64,000 bases of DNA. Origin: a bacterium. GTDB taxonomy: Bacteria; Patescibacteriota; Minisyncoccia; Minisyncoccales; JAGLPU01. Made by a program: the position numbers and the translations under genes. Location of the stretch: contig DAOVZN010000003.1 of NCBI GenBank assembly GCA_030635055.1, forward strand, positions 4,121 to 68,120, in the 5' to 3' direction. How positions within the stretch are numbered: position 1 is the stretch's first letter; the number at the start of each line of letters is the position of its first letter. This document shows positions 27,784 through 38,438 of this stretch, piece after piece. The notes under the pieces were generated by a model. The model saw only the letters and a list, made by a program, of their open reading frames with translations, was not told the DNA's origin and searched no databases.

Positions 27784-30700
27784 ATGGTAAAAGAAAAAAA
27801 AGAATCTTACGGCGCTAAAGATATTCATGTTCTTGAAGGTTTGGAACCGGTCAGAAAAAGACCGGGAATGTATATTGGCTCAACAGGACCCGACGGATTG
27901 CATCATTTAATTTGGGAATGCGCGGATAACTGTTTGGATGAATTCATGGCCGGATACGGCAGCAAAATGGGAATAACTCTGTTTCCCGGTAATAGAGTTA
28001 AAGTAACGGATGATGGCCGCGGAATTCCGGTTGACAAACATCCTCAAACTAAAAAATCCGCTTTGGAGACAGTGATGACAACTCTGCATGCCGGAGCAAA
28101 ATTCGGCAGCAAGGCATACCAAGTTTCCGGAGGGCTTCACGGAGTGGGAGTTTCCGTGGTTTGCGCTTTGTCTAATTACCTCAAAGCTGAAATTTGTAGG
28201 GATGGATTTATACACGCCCAAGAGTATAAAAAAGGAAAACCGGTCGCAAACGTGAAAAAAGGAGAAAAATGCCGCGGGACAGGAACAACGATAATCTTTG
28301 AACCGGATGATGGAATTTTTCAGGAAACAAATTTCAATTATAAGAAGATAGTCAATCACTTGAGACAGCAAGCCTATTTAACCAAGGGGATAAGAATAAA
28401 AATAGACGATAAAAGAAATCCTGAAAAGGAAGAAAGCTATACTTTCTATTTTGAAGGCGGGATAAAATCGTATGTAACTTTTCTGACCAAAGGCTCTATC
28501 CCAAGCCAAGAAAATGTTTTTTACGCCAGTGGTAAAAGCAACGGAGTGTTGGTTGAATGCGCTTTCCAATATACGCAGGAAAGAGAATGCTATGAAGAAA
28601 GTTTTGCTAATAATATCTATACCGGAGAGGGAGGGACCCATCTTACCGGAATGCGCGCCGCTTTAACCAGAACCCTGAACGAATACGCAAAAAAAATAAC
28701 TTTCTAAAAGAAACTGACGAAAACTTAACCGGAGAAGATACCAAAGAAGGACTGACTGTTGTTGTTTCTGTAAAAATAAGAGAGCCTCAATTTGAAGGCC
28801 AGACAAAAGCCAAACTGGGAAACCCGGAAGCCAAAGGAGCAGTGGAACAAATAGTGGCTGAAGGCTTGACTGACTTTTTGGAAAGAAATCCTCAAGACGC
28901 CAAAGCTATTATTAATAGCTGTTTTCTGGCTGCCAAGGCTAGAAAAGCGGCTAAGGCGGCACGGCAAACAGTTTTGAGAAAAGGAGCTTTGGAAGGATTG
29001 ACTCTGCCCGGCAAGCTGTCTGACTGCTCTTCCCGCAACCCGGAAGAATCAGAAATATATCTTGTTGAGGGCGATAGTGCCGGAGGATGTTTTAGCGGAG
29101 AAACAAAAGTTGCTTTAACTGACAACCGCAATTTAACCTTTAAAGAGTTGATTAAAGAAGATGAACAAGGCAAAAAAAACTATTGTTATACTATTAAAAA
29201 TGATGGTTCTGTTGGCATTGAATTGATTAAAAATCCTAGAAAAACAAAAAACAACGTAGAAGTTATCAAAGTGGTATTAGATAATAAAGAAGAGATAATC
29301 TGCACTCCAGACCATAAATTTATGTTAAGAGGAGGGGGTTATAAAATGGCAAAAGACTTAACCGTGGATGATTCTTTGATGCCCTTATACAGAAAACACT
29401 CAAAAATAGGAGGCAAAATAACTATCAAAGGATATGAAATGACTTTTGACCCTTCAAAACATTACTATGTATTCACTCATCTTTTGACAGACCAATATAA
29501 TTTGAAAAAAGAAAAATACAGTAAGAAAGAACAGCAAGCAATCCATCATATTGACTTCAATAAACTCAATAACAAACCGGAAAATATAGTAAGAATGGAT
29601 TCTAAAAAACATAGAAAATTCCATAGCAAATTAATTCAGAAATTAATGTCTAATCCGGCTGTTCAGGAAAAATTAAGAAAAATTCGTCAATCCGAAGAAT
29701 ATAGAGCAAAAGTAAGAGCCACCATGCTTAAGCCGGAAATGCGAAAAATGCTGAGCGATAGAGCCAAAAAACAATGGAAGAGTAAAGAATACAAGGAATA
29801 TATGACTAAAAAATTCCTTGAATTTTATAGAACAAACAAAAAATACAGAGAGAAAAATAATCAGATGCTCAACGAAAGCCAAAAAAAATATTGGAGCATG
29901 GCAGAAAATAGAACAGAACAAGCCAAAAAAGTAAAAAAATATTTTGAGAAAAATCCTGAGAAGAAAAAAGAACTTGCTGAAAAAGCAAAAACACAATGGC
30001 AAAACAAAGAACTGATAATGTGGCGCAGTAAAAAAACTGCAGCGCAATGGACAGCAGAATTCAGAGAAAAAAGAAAAATAGCTTACAATAAAACTTACAA
30101 AGAAAAGGCTTTGAAGTTGATGAAAGAAGTCTCAGAAAGAGAAGGACTTAACGAAAAAGAATATAATAAAGTAAGAATAGAAAAAAACGACAAAACTTTA
30201 TTAAAATACGAGACAATCTGCCAGCGTTTTTTTGGCAATAACGAGAGTAAGTTGAAAGAAGCTGTCTTAAATTACAATCATAAAATAAAGAAAATAGTGA
30301 GAATGAAGGAAAACAGAGATGTTTATGATATTGAGGTTGAAAAAACTCACAATTTTGCCTTGGCTTCTGGACTTTTTGTCCACAATAGTGCTAAGCAAGC
30401 CAGAGACAGAAGATTTCAGGCAATTCTGCCTTTGCGCGGAAAAATATTAAATGTAGAAAAAGCCCGGCTTGACAAAATATTAGGATTTAAAGAAATAAAA
30501 AATCTGGTTATTGCTTTGGGCGCTTCTATCGGCCAAGATTTTAATTTGGAAAAATTAAGATACCACCGCATAGTTATTATGACTGATGCTGATGTTGACG
30601 GAGCCCATATCAGAACTTTATTACTGACTCTTTTCTACCGCTATTTCCAACCGATTGTTGAAAACGGTTATTTATATATCGCTCAACCTCCTTTGTATCG

Positions 30701-31040
30701 AATTCAATACGGAAAAAAGGCGCAATATGCTTATACTGACGAAGACAAGGAAGAAATTTTGGGACAAATAGCTAAAACAAAAAAAGAAACTTCTAAAAAA
30801 GATGATGAGGGAAAAATGAGCGGAGTTACTATCCAGCGCTACAAGGGTTTGGGAGAAATGAATCCTGACCAGCTCTGGGAAACCACTATGGACCCTGAAA
30901 ACAGGGTATTCCTGCAGGTTACCGTTGAGAATGCTCAAGAAGCAGATAAAATGTTTGACACTTTAATGGGGGAGGAAGTATTTATGAGAAAGCGCTTTAT
31001 CCAAACCCACGCCAAAACAGTCAAGAACCTTGATATTTAA
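27784..31040 (+). CDS. gyrB: DNA gyrase subunit B, split by a frameshift at 28689-28696 and containing an intein
   Basis: [29 protein letters not shown]; reading continues in the -1 frame [15 protein letters not shown]...[40 protein letters not shown]. Confidence 0.95.
29088..30386 (+). mobile_element. 433-aa intein with HNH homing endonuclease in GyrB
   Basis: [15 protein letters not shown] ... CTPDHKF (block B) ... [16 protein letters not shown] ... [24 protein letters not shown]. Confidence 0.95.
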
Positions 31041-31116
31041 GGCGTGTGCTATAATCTAATATTTTAGAATTTTATAAAAGACTTACATTCTATAGAATTT
31101 TATTTCTAAAAAAATT

Positions 31117-33183
31117 ATGAGTTATAAAAAGATCTTTCTTGCTATCGTTATCTGTTTATTTACTTTTAGCGCGCCGTCCGTTGGAGCGATGACATCTGCT
31201 GAAATTCAATCTTTGATTCAGCAGCTGCAAGCTCAAATTGCTCAACTTCAACAGCAACTAGCTGGAGTTTCAGATCAACCGGCAGCTTGGTGCCACGATT
31301 TTAATAAAAATTTAAGAATCGGTGATAGTGGCAATGATGTGCAGGCGCTAGAAAATGCGCTGGCAAAAGAAGGATTTTCTTTGACTGAACATAGTAGCAA
31401 TTTTTCTGCTGTATTTGATGAAAGAATGGCTTCATCCGTAGTCGGGTTTCAAGAAAAATACGCTTCTGAAATTTTATCTTCCTGGGGTTTAAAGCACGGA
31501 ACCGGATATGTTGGAGGCACTACTAGAGACAAACTAAACAAAATTTACGGCTGTGGAGCGGTAGTACCTTTGCCTCCCGTAACGCCAATAACGCCAACTT
31601 GCCACACCACTCCTTTGTGGAATTGGGAGTATTGTTCTCCTGGCTGTCAGTGCATCGCTGGCGAAGGAGATTGCGATACTAACTCTGACTGTATCACTGG
31701 TTATTGCGCCCATGATGTAGGCGCAAAATACGGACAGATTGCCAGAATGGATGTTTGTGAAGAAAAACAGGAAAAATCTCTTACTGTTCTTTCTCCTAAT
31801 GGAGGAGAAAAGTGGATAGCAGGACAGACATATGATATTACTTGGAGTGCACCCGAGGTGGATAAAATCAATATTTTTCTTGTAGATGATAGAGCTGGTC
31901 GCAGCTATCAAGAAATAGCTCTTGAAGTTTCTGCCTCTTTTGGTAAATATTCTTGGGTCATACCTGACGAAATTGGATTAAGCAGCACTCATTCCCCTTG
32001 TTTTAAAATCTGGATTCACGAAATGGCAGGAAAAGCCGGAACTGGGGGGATTACTGACGAATCCAATGACTATTTCAATATTGTTGAGCATGCTGCTCCA
32101 AGCGAAAATCTACCAACATCCAATCTGAATGCTTGGCTTTTGACACATTCTAATATTGCGAACTCAATTAAATGGCAAAATCAGCCTGCCGACAGGACTA
32201 ATGTCTATGTCGCACCTACAGAAAGTGATAAGGTTGCTTGGATAGACTGGACTCAAAGCCAAAAGAACGACCTAGAACAGGCGTATGTTGCCGCCTACGA
32301 CTGGTTGACTAACGGAGCACCAGCTGTACCTGTTGATTATAATGGCCTAACGGATCAGCCCACAAATTTACAAGCCAACATCAATAATGATTCAGTTTCA
32401 GTGTCACAACATGTCAGTTCTGCCTATATGTGGAAGCTTTACATTGATAACATTGGATTTTCTTTAGCTATTGAAATCGCCGAACAAGTGCCCTGGACTA
32501 TAACAACTTATTCTGACGAAGCTTTACGATACTTGTTTGACAGTTCAACAATGGCTTGGAACATATATAACGGAGATCAATATACTATGGGCACCTATTA
32601 TAATAGAGTTCCTCTTCTGCGCTCCAGCAATCTGCCAGAAACTGCATTTGCTCCGGCAATGTGGACCTATGGCTTCATGGAGTCTGCTCATCTGACCAAT
32701 TTAAGTAAGTTGGATACGATTGGCAGTGTTCTTGATTGGATGAGATTGAATATGTCGCACTTTTTTGGCAACCAGAGTTACGGCAATTATGATGCTGTCT
32801 GGCAATACCGCGGTTTTTCGCCACTTTCGAAAATCGTAAATGGCACTGTTGATCGCAATAATCCCGAATATGGCACACAGCATTGGACTGCTGGGTGTCA
32901 TGGAAGTGTCGGTTTTTTAAGCGCTACATTGCGATCGGTTAATATTCCGGTTCAACCAGTTTGGATCTGCGGACATGAGCTTGCTTACTTTATCACAGAA
33001 AATAGATATCTTTCCCATGGCGATGATCCCTACAATCAAAATACCAAAGATGCCCAGACTGCTGGCATATCTCTGCTTATAGATGAGACTACATATAAGA
33101 ATTGGTTTACAAGTGATTCATCGGTGAACATCACGGATTATCAAAGTCCAGCCTGCGCAAATATCGGGCGTGCTTGCGAATAG
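31117..33183 (+). CDS. secreted multidomain protein: peptidoglycan-binding domain, Cys-rich segment, Ig-like domain, putative transglutaminase-like C-terminus
   Basis: Signal peptide; QIAQLQQQL; FNKNLRIGDSGNDVQALENAL...GYVGGTTRDKLN; LTVLSPNGGEKW; GCHGSVGFL...LRSVNIPV...GHE. Confidence 0.75.
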   Translation: MSYKKIFLAIVICLFTFSAPSVGAMTSAEIQSLIQQLQAQIAQLQQQLAGVSDQPAAWCHDFNKNLRIGDSGNDVQALENALAKEGFSLTEHSSNFSAVFDERMASSVVGFQEKYASEILSSWGLKHGTGYVGGTTRDKLNKIYGCGAVVPLPPVTPITPTCHTTPLWNWEYCSPGCQCIAGEGDCDTNSDCITGYCAHDVGAKYGQIARMDVCEEKQEKSLTVLSPNGGEKWIAGQTYDITWSAPEVDKINIFLVDDRAGRSYQEIALEVSASFGKYSWVIPDEIGLSSTHSPCFKIWIHEMAGKAGTGGITDESNDYFNIVEHAAPSENLPTSNLNAWLLTHSNIANSIKWQNQPADRTNVYVAPTESDKVAWIDWTQSQKNDLEQAYVAAYDWLTNGAPAVPVDYNGLTDQPTNLQANINNDSVSVSQHVSSAYMWKLYIDNIGFSLAIEIAEQVPWTITTYSDEALRYLFDSSTMAWNIYNGDQYTMGTYYNRVPLLRSSNLPETAFAPAMWTYGFMESAHLTNLSKLDTIGSVLDWMRLNMSHFFGNQSYGNYDAVWQYRGFSPLSKIVNGTVDRNNPEYGTQHWTAGCHGSVGFLSATLRSVNIPVQPVWICGHELAYFITENRYLSHGDDPYNQNTKDAQTAGISLLIDETTYKNWFTSDSSVNITDYQSPACANIGRACE

Positions 33184-33213
33184 AAATAAACAATATCAAG
33201 AATAAAAAAACTA

Positions 33214-33245
33214 ATTTGGCTCGTAAAAAATATGAGCCAAATTTA
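33214..33245 (+). terminator. hairpin/terminator after surface protein gene
   Basis: AATTTGGCTCGTA-AAAAA-TATGAGCCAAATT. Confidence 0.6.
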
Positions 33246-33306
33246 TTGTTGACACCATAGCTCTATTTTGATAGCATAAAACTATATTATTCTAGCTTTT
33301 ACTAGT

Positions 33307-33495
33307 ATGAATTTTCTAAACAAAACTACTGCTTTTTTGAAAGAAGTAAGATTAGAAATGAAAAAAGTTAATTGGCCTACCAAAGATGAAACAATTAAGT
33401 ACACTTTAATTGTGGTAGGAATGTCAACGGCGGTAGCCGCGCTTTTGGGTACGCTTGATTATCTATTTTCAAACATTGTTAAAAAATTACTATAA
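33307..33495 (+). CDS. secE: preprotein translocase SecE
   Basis: FLKEVRLEMKKVNWPTK.ET..YT.IV; upstream of nusG. Confidence 0.95.
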   Translation: MNFLNKTTAFLKEVRLEMKKVNWPTKDETIKYTLIVVGMSTAVAALLGTLDYLFSNIVKKLL

Positions 33496-33496
33496 T

Positions 33497-34042
33497 ATGC
33501 CCAAACAACAAATCCAACAAGAAAAAAGGTGGTATGTTCTGCACACTTACTCAGGGTATGAGGAAGCGGTTGCCAAGAATCTTAAACAGCGGATTGAATC
33601 TTTAAGCATGGAAGACAAGATATTTGATGTTATCGTTCCCAAAGAAAAAAAGATTAAAATTAAAAACGGCAAAAGGAAAACCGTTGAAGAAAAGATTTAT
33701 CCCGGATATGTTCTGGTAGAAATGATCGTAACAGACGATTCTTGGTATGTGGTTCGCAATACTCCTAATGTAACCGGATTTGTCGGCGCCGGCATCACGC
33801 CAGTGCCAGTCTCTTCTAATGAAATTGCGACTTTAAAGAAAAGAATGAACATAGAAGAGCCTCAGTACAAGATTGATGTTGACATAGATGACGCAATAAA
33901 AATTATTGACGGTACTTTTAAGGATTATTCCGGCAAGGTTTCCGAAATAGACAGAGACACGGGAAGAATAAAAGTTTTAATTAATATGTTTGGCAGAGAT
34001 ACTCCGGTTGAGTTAGATTCTCTACAAATAAAAAAGATATAA
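33497..34042 (+). CDS. nusG: transcription termination/antitermination factor NusG
   Basis: [42 protein letters not shown]. Confidence 0.98.
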   Translation: MPKQQIQQEKRWYVLHTYSGYEEAVAKNLKQRIESLSMEDKIFDVIVPKEKKIKIKNGKRKTVEEKIYPGYVLVEMIVTDDSWYVVRNTPNVTGFVGAGITPVPVSSNEIATLKKRMNIEEPQYKIDVDIDDAIKIIDGTFKDYSGKVSEIDRDTGRIKVLINMFGRDTPVELDSLQIKKI

Positions 34043-34044
34043 GT

Positions 34045-34470
34045 ATGCCTAAGAAGATCAAAGCTATTGTTAAACTACAAATTCCGGCTGGAAAAGCTAA
34101 CCCGGCTCCTCCTGTAGGACCGGCTTTGGCTCAACATGGCTTGAATATTGCCGAATTTTGCCAAAAATTCAATGACGCCACCAAAGAAAAGATGGGATTT
34201 AAAATTCCTGCTGAAATTACTATCTATGAAGACAGAAGTTATGACTTTATAGTAAAACAGCCCTTAGTGTCCCAGCTTTTAAAAAAGGCTGTTGGTATTG
34301 AAAAAGGCTCTGGAAAGCCAAATAAGACTAAAGTTGGCAAGATCAGCAAAAGCCAGCTTAAAGAAGTTGCTGAAAAGAAAATGCCCGACCTTAACACTGA
34401 TGACATTGAGCAAGCAATGAAAACAGTCGGGGGAACCGCTAAAAACATGGGACTGGAAATTGAAAAATAA
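34045..34470 (+). CDS. rplK: 50S ribosomal protein L11
   Basis: [29 protein letters not shown]. Confidence 0.98.
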   Translation: MPKKIKAIVKLQIPAGKANPAPPVGPALAQHGLNIAEFCQKFNDATKEKMGFKIPAEITIYEDRSYDFIVKQPLVSQLLKKAVGIEKGSGKPNKTKVGKISKSQLKEVAEKKMPDLNTDDIEQAMKTVGGTAKNMGLEIEK

Positions 34471-34986
34471 ATGAGACCCTCAAAAGACCAATACTATTTA
34501 AACATCACTAAAGAAGTTGCCCAAAGGGCAACTTGTTTCAGAATCAAAATCGGAGCCATTATTGTTTGCGGTGATCAAATTATCGCTACAGGCTATAATG
34601 GAGCTCCACGCAAGACCAAGGATTGCCTGGAAAGAGGAGCTTGTTTGCGAGACCAGTTGAAAATCCCTCATGGAGAGAAATATGAAATTTGCCGAAGCTG
34701 TCACGCAGAACAGAATGCCATTATCAATTCAGCCCGCGCCGGAGTGAGTTTATTGGGAGGAGATATGTATATCTGCGGAGAAAAGGAAGAAGGAGAAGCA
34801 GCTAATTCTTTTCCTTGCTATATCTGTAAGAAAATGATTATCAACGCCGGATTGAACAGAGTTATTTGTTCAACTAAGGACGGGGATTATAAGATATTTA
34901 ATGTTGAGGATTGGGTGAAAGACTGGCAGGAAAAAGATGTTTTGGACGATAAATACCAATACGGAAAAGACCAAAATAAAGAATAA
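34471..34986 (+). CDS. dCMP deaminase (ComEB-like)
   Basis: RATC; IATGYNGAP; HAEQNAII; PCYICKKMIINAG. Confidence 0.92.
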   Translation: MRPSKDQYYLNITKEVAQRATCFRIKIGAIIVCGDQIIATGYNGAPRKTKDCLERGACLRDQLKIPHGEKYEICRSCHAEQNAIINSARAGVSLLGGDMYICGEKEEGEAANSFPCYICKKMIINAGLNRVICSTKDGDYKIFNVEDWVKDWQEKDVLDDKYQYGKDQNKE

Positions 34987-35054
34987 ATATTGTTTGACAA
35001 TTGAATCATAAAAGGGGAGGATTAACTTGCCTCTTTTTTTGTCTAAAAATAATT

Positions 35055-35915
35055 ATGAAAGTAATAATAGTAAAACCAAAAATTTGGAACTTCGAAGTGA
35101 TCAAAGGGAAAGACGCTTGGAAAGAAGTAGTTTATTCAGGAAGAGTGAGCGGCATTCCTCCGCAAGTGCCCGATGATTTTATTTTCCAAATGATAGTTGA
35201 TAATGATTATGGCTCGACTTTAGAGCATATCTCTATTAAATTTGACCTTAAAATGACTAAGGGCAATGCGCCTGAGCTACTGGAACACAGAATGATGAGC
35301 CATACCGGATATTCAACCAGATATATTAAAGCTGATCAAGGAATGGATAAAGAAGAAGCGTCTTATGAAATAATTATGCCCTGGCATTTGTTGAAATTAA
35401 ACAAAGACCATCCGCAAAGGCAAGAGTTCAGAAAAGGAGTTTTACAAACAATCGAATCTTATGAAAAATTGATAGAAGCGAAAATTCCTCGAGAATCAGC
35501 GCGCTATACTCTGCCTTTTTGCCAAGCAGTCGGCATTTATCATATTACTATAAACTTAAGGTCTCTGTTGAATCTTCTTTCTTTGCGCCTTTGTGTTAGA
35601 ACCAGCCCGGAATTCCGCTGTCTGACTGCCCAACTCTATTTCTTATTAAACCAACATTTCCCGGCCATGGCCGGACACATTGGCTGCCGTGGCTTTATCA
35701 GAGGAACTTGTCCGGAAAGCGGAGTAACCGGAGTAAGAGCCGGAGAACAAAGCCGCATTTATCCTCCCTGCTTATTTAAAAACAACCAATCCGAAATTTT
35801 TATTCCAACAACCAAAGAACTGAGAAAAGGAATAAATATTTCAGAATTTAATAAAGAAAAAGCCATTCAAGCCCAAGAAGCATATTGTGCTCATTGGGCA
35901 AAGTGGGAAGGATAA
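35055..35915 (+). CDS. thyX: FAD-dependent thymidylate synthase (divergent)
   Basis: STLEHISIKF; ELLEHRMMSHTGYSTRY; RESARYTLP; NLRSLLNLLSLRLC....EFR. Confidence 0.85.
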   Translation: MKVIIVKPKIWNFEVIKGKDAWKEVVYSGRVSGIPPQVPDDFIFQMIVDNDYGSTLEHISIKFDLKMTKGNAPELLEHRMMSHTGYSTRYIKADQGMDKEEASYEIIMPWHLLKLNKDHPQRQEFRKGVLQTIESYEKLIEAKIPRESARYTLPFCQAVGIYHITINLRSLLNLLSLRLCVRTSPEFRCLTAQLYFLLNQHFPAMAGHIGCRGFIRGTCPESGVTGVRAGEQSRIYPPCLFKNNQSEIFIPTTKELRKGINISEFNKEKAIQAQEAYCAHWAKWEG

Positions 35916-35919
35916 ATTT

Positions 35920-37146
35920 ATGGAAAACGTATTAACTCTGCTTAAGAAACATCAAGATTGGCGCAAAAACTGCCTGAACTTGATCGCTTCTGAAAACGCA
36001 ATGTCAGACTTTGCCCAAAAGCTATATGTGACTGACTTAATGCATCGCTATGCTGAAGGATTGCCTTTTAAAAGATATTATCAAGGGCTGAAGTATGTTG
36101 ATTTGATTGAAGATGAAGTGAGCAAATCTTTTGCCAGCCATTTTCAGGCAAACTTTGTGGACATCCGTCCTATTTCCGGGACATCGGCCAACTTGGCTGT
36201 TTTCGCGGCTTTAAGCGATAGAGGAGATAAGATCTTAACTCTGGGAATTCAGGGAGGCTCGCATGTATCACATGAAGAACCGGGAGCGGCCGGACTTTTG
36301 GGCTTGCAAGTTTTCCATCTAGCCTTTGACCAGCAAGAGCTGGCTCTTGATTTAAACAAAGTAGAACAGCAAATAATGGAAATAAGGCCCAAGTTTGTGG
36401 TTTTAGGCGGTTCAGTTATTCTATTTCCCCAGCCAGTAAGAGAAATAAAAGAGATGTGCCAAAGAGTGGGAGCCCTCCTTATATACGATGCCGCTCATGT
36501 TTTTGGCTTGATTACAGCCGGCTTTTTCCAAAACCCTTTGGCAGAAGGAGCGGATATCATCACATCTTCCAGCCATAAAACTTTTCCCGGACCGCAAGGA
36601 GGAATAATTTTGGGTAATATTGACGAAGAACTGCAAAAGAAGATCCGTTGGAAAGTTTTTCCCGGGGTATTGTCCAACCACCATCTCCACAGAATTCCCG
36701 CCCTTTATTTAACTTTGTTGGAAATGCAAAAATTCGGCAAAGATTATGTCGCGCAAATTCTAAAAAACGCAAAGAAATTAGCCGAAGAGCTATATGATTA
36801 CGGCTTTGATGTTTTAGGCAAGAGAAAGGGATTTACCGCAAGCCACCAGATAGCAGTTGATGTCAGCAAACAAGGAGGAGGAGACATAGTAGCCAAGGAA
36901 CTGGAAAACGTAAATATTATTCTCAATAAAAACATTCTTCCTTGGGACGGAGCCAATCCAAAAGATCCCAGCGGCATCCGCATTGGAGTGCAAGAAATGA
37001 CACGCTACGGGATGAAAGAAAACGAGATGAAACAAATCGCCAAGCTAATGAAAGAAACGCTATTAGATAAGAAGAATCCTGATAAAATGAGAAAGAAGGC
37101 AACCTGGCTGCGAAGAAACTTCCAAAAAATAAAATACTGTTTTTAA
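35920..37146 (+). CDS. glyA: serine hydroxymethyltransferase (archaeal-type features)
   Basis: LNLIASEN; RYAEGLPFKRYYQG; YDAAHVFGL; SSHKTFPGPQGG; SNHHLH; SGIRIGVQEMTRYGM. Confidence 0.93.
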   Translation: MENVLTLLKKHQDWRKNCLNLIASENAMSDFAQKLYVTDLMHRYAEGLPFKRYYQGLKYVDLIEDEVSKSFASHFQANFVDIRPISGTSANLAVFAALSDRGDKILTLGIQGGSHVSHEEPGAAGLLGLQVFHLAFDQQELALDLNKVEQQIMEIRPKFVVLGGSVILFPQPVREIKEMCQRVGALLIYDAAHVFGLITAGFFQNPLAEGADIITSSSHKTFPGPQGGIILGNIDEELQKKIRWKVFPGVLSNHHLHRIPALYLTLLEMQKFGKDYVAQILKNAKKLAEELYDYGFDVLGKRKGFTASHQIAVDVSKQGGGDIVAKELENVNIILNKNILPWDGANPKDPSGIRIGVQEMTRYGMKENEMKQIAKLMKETLLDKKNPDKMRKKATWLRRNFQKIKYCF

Positions 37147-37174
37147 TTTTTTGCTAATGTGATAGTATTAAATA

Positions 37175-38434
37175 ATGGAAGATAATTTTTATCCGGGAAA
37201 GTTTATAGTGATTGACGGTCTGAACGGTTGCGGGAAAACCACTCAAATTGAATTGTTAAAGAATTTTCTAATAAAAAAAGGGGTAACCGTCACAACGACT
37301 AAGGAACCGACCCTCAACTCTGCGGCCGGAAGGGAAGCCAGAGATATTTTAAGCAAAAAACGCCATACTTCTCCGGGAAAACTGCAAAAGCTTTTTTGTG
37401 AGGACCGCAAAGCTAATTTGGAAAACTTAGTAATCCCGGCTTTAAAAGAAGGAAAAATAGTAATTTCCGACCGCTATTTTTTTTCCACTTTCGCGTTTGG
37501 CGGACTTGATCTAAGCATGGATTGGCTTATAAAATTGAATGATAAATTTTTGTTCCCGGATTTGGTTTTTTTCTTGAAAACAAAACCAAGCGTATGTCTG
37601 AAAAGAATTGACTGCAGGGGAACAAAGAAAAGAATCTTTGAAAAAGAGAAAAAAATGGAAAAAGTTTGGCAAAATTATGCTATCTTGACCAATAGGTTTA
37701 AAAATATCTATATTATAAACGGAGAACAGTCAATAAAAAAAATCTCCACGGAAATAATTAAAATTATAAATAAAAAAATTATGAATATCGCCACAATTAT
37801 AGACCACACTAATATAGAACCGAAGGCCACTGCCAAAGATATCAAAAAAACCTGCGATGAGGCAAAAAAACATAGTTTTCGCAGCGTTTGTATTAATCCT
37901 CAATGGGTAAAAACAGCAAAGAAAGAACTGAGAGAAACTGATGTTAAGATCGTAGTTTTGATTGATCCTCCCATGGGATTAAGCTCTTCCGGTGAAAGAA
38001 TAAGGGCTTGCAAAAAAGCTAAGAATGACGGGGCGAGTGAATTGGATATTGTAATGAATATTATTGATTTAAAATACGAAAGATACAGCAAGGTTTTAAA
38101 AGACTTAAAACAAATTTGCAAAATTCTTCCCACTAAAGTAATAATTGGCAGCGGGTTTTTAACTGATAATGAAATTAAAAAAGCTTCTGAGCTTGTCAAA
38201 GCTGCCAAGGCAATCTGCGTTAAGACCGCTACTGTCAAAGATCCTTTGGAACATCGGCAATTGGAAGAAAAAGCCTATCATTTAAAACTAATGAAGAAAT
38301 CAGCTCCGGGACTTTTAATTAAAGCTTCAGGAAAAGTTAAAACTTTAGATGATGTAAAAATGATGGTCAAAGCCGGAGCCAATATTATCGGAACAAGTTC
38401 CGGAGTAGAAATTATCAAAGAAATAAAAAAATAA
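37175..38434 (+). CDS. thymidylate kinase / deoxyribose-phosphate aldolase fusion
   Basis: FIVIDGLNGCGKTTQ, KEPT, ISDRY (Tmk); from 37781 IDHTNI, ELDIVMN, KVII, VKTAT, IKASG, IGTSSG (DeoC); no stop between the two. Confidence 0.9.
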   Translation: MEDNFYPGKFIVIDGLNGCGKTTQIELLKNFLIKKGVTVTTTKEPTLNSAAGREARDILSKKRHTSPGKLQKLFCEDRKANLENLVIPALKEGKIVISDRYFFSTFAFGGLDLSMDWLIKLNDKFLFPDLVFFLKTKPSVCLKRIDCRGTKKRIFEKEKKMEKVWQNYAILTNRFKNIYIINGEQSIKKISTEIIKIINKKIMNIATIIDHTNIEPKATAKDIKKTCDEAKKHSFRSVCINPQWVKTAKKELRETDVKIVVLIDPPMGLSSSGERIRACKKAKNDGASELDIVMNIIDLKYERYSKVLKDLKQICKILPTKVIIGSGFLTDNEIKKASELVKAAKAICVKTATVKDPLEHRQLEEKAYHLKLMKKSAPGLLIKASGKVKTLDDVKMMVKAGANIIGTSSGVEIIKEIKK

Positions 38435-38438
38435 CACT

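Noticed and set aside
27784..31040. gyrB as a true pseudogene
   Set aside because: All catalytic motifs are intact on both sides of a single homopolymer indel in an essential gene; error or slippage is more plausible.
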